Assembly: GCA_012862495.1 (NCBI GenBank)
Contig: BLSG01000273.1
Location: 68,853-88,852 of the forward strand
Length of the DNA stretch: 20,000 nt
Reading direction: 5' to 3'
DNA from: Thraustochytrium aureum
Taxonomy: Eukaryota
Under the pieces are notes generated by a model, which saw only the letters and a program-made list of their open reading frames with translations, ran no database searches and was not told the DNA's origin. Positions 18,621-20,000 of the stretch are shown one piece after another. The position numbers and the translations under genes are program-made. Each line of letters begins with the position of its first letter. The stretch's first letter is position 1.

Positions 18621-19876
18621 ATGAGCGAAAAGCTCGGGAGCGAGTACGCGTCGTAAGTTGGCGGGTGGGCGCTGCCAGGTTGCTGCCAGGTTGCTGCGCT
18701 GTGGGCTCGTTTGGGTGCTAACTCGCAGGGCGCAGGTTTGACGACCGGGGCAGCGACGGGTCGCAAACGCCACGGGCGAACGAGTCGGGGGCCGGCGACG
18801 GCGACGCGCTTGAACGCGACCAATCGAGAGAGCACGCCCACTCTGAGCCTGTGGCACAAGTGGCAAATCGGCGCGACTCGCTAGCGTTGATGGGCTTTGC
18901 GCAGAGCCCTCGCGCATTGGCGACGCCTTCACCTCGTGCAAGCCCGATGAAATGGAGCCCCAGCACCAGCCCAGAGCCCAGAATCCTCCCGAGCGGGTAC
19001 GCTGAACTGAGCAGGGGGGCTAGCGGCGTCAGCGGCGGCGAGCCCGCCAACGCACGGCGCGACGGCGGCGGCGCTCGCCTGTCTCGTTCTGGAACCTTGG
19101 GCAGCAGCGAGGGCGGCTCGGACAACCACGACGTCCCGCTCTTGTACGAATACGACACCGAAGACCTCGAAGACAGCCGCCAGGGGTTGAGCGAGAGCTC
19201 GTTCGTTCGCCGCTTGCAGCACGGGCTGGCGGAGGTGACGACGACTGGCGCGCGTGTTGGAGTCAGGTGCTGCCCCAGCTGCGTGTCGCGCCACGGAACC
19301 GCCTGGTGCTGCAGCCTCTTTGTTTTGGTGATTGCCTCCGGGGTCTTGGCCTTTCTGCTCTCGTTTCGGGCGTGCGGCGTCGGGATTGGGGTCGGGACGC
19401 TTGCCTACAACTCGTTCGAGGAGGCACTCAGCGGGCGCCAGACGGTCGCCCTTTACAACCCCAACTACTTTGCACTTGGTGTCGAAGAGGTCTCGTTGGC
19501 GGTGTACTATCTCTCCCGGTACAACCGGCATTGGTATCAGTTTGACAATCCAGGGCCGTATGAAAACCTGACGTTCACGATCCCGCGCCGAGCGACCGAG
19601 CACGCGGGCCGGAACTTTAGCTACAAGATCCGTAGCCAGCGCGTTACGTCGGCGCTTTTCCTGCAGTGTAATAGCGGGAGTGTCGAGCTCGCATTCCAGG
19701 GGACGCTCAAGTTTCGCTTCGCAGGCCGCGACATTCACCAGACTTGGGGGCCGGAAATGGTGTACAGCAACTGCTCTGTGTTTGGCCACGGCGAGGATCA
19801 AGGCATGTTACTTTCAGGCACCCGGCCTTTGGGCGCTGAAGCGACTGGGCTTTTGCCCGCGCTCCCGCCGTCATGA
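18621..19876 (+). CDS. Type II membrane protein with LEA_2/NHL-like domain, about 390 aa; exons 18621-18652 and 18736-19876
   Basis: Disordered Ser/Gly-rich N-terminus, Cys cluster, one TM (WCCSLFVLVIASGVLAFLLSF), then VALYNPNYFALGVEEVSLAVYY...FTIPRR (NPN motif of LEA_2). An upstream exon MSEKLGSEYAS joins in frame through an 83-nt GTAAGT...GCTAAC...CAG intron. Confidence 0.7.
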
Positions 19877-20000
19877 TCTTGCGCGCCGAAACCCAAGCGA
19901 TTACTATTTATATCAACTCGTCTTTTCCTGGGCGGCAGGCCCACTCAGCTGGCGCGGCGAGAAGCCGAGCGGGCCGTCGCCGCGACACTAGTATGACGCT

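Noticed and set aside
14915..18859. Very long ORFs spanning N runs (1053 aa, 881 aa, etc.)
   Set aside because: Artefacts of translating through assembly gaps.
1..20000. CRISPR arrays, tRNA/rRNA genes, intact transposons or prokaryotic operons
   Set aside because: None recognisable; the sequence is eukaryotic with spliceosomal introns.

Overview
GC-rich, gene-dense eukaryotic (protist-like) genomic DNA with short GT-AG introns (about 75-142 nt, GCTAAC/CTGAC branch points) and four assembly gaps (4040-4174, 8876-9444, 15156-16052, 17163-17921). Eleven protein genes are supported, in order: PP1 inhibitor-3/Ypi1 (-), an EGF-like + Rolling-stone/AIG1-like membrane protein (+), a prolyl oligopeptidase (+), an ArsJ-type organoarsenical efflux MFS permease (-), RRP5 (+), a 4-exon BAG-like small protein (+), a 3-exon Tctex-1 dynein light chain (-), proteasome alpha-2 (-), a fused LeuC-LeuD isopropylmalate dehydratase (-), sideroflexin (-) and a LEA_2-domain membrane protein (+). 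The most interesting signals are: (1) an intronless eukaryotic ArsJ with a 6-Cys loop insertion and no visible GAPDH partner; (2) a LeuC-LeuD linker resembling a duplicated mitochondrial processing site (possible cleaved polyprotein); (3) an EGF-like ectodomain on a Thr/His AIG1/Rolling-stone-like membrane domain; (4) an in-frame TGA at a conserved Trp position in the peptidase. All family assignments come from motif recognition by eye; no database searches were run.
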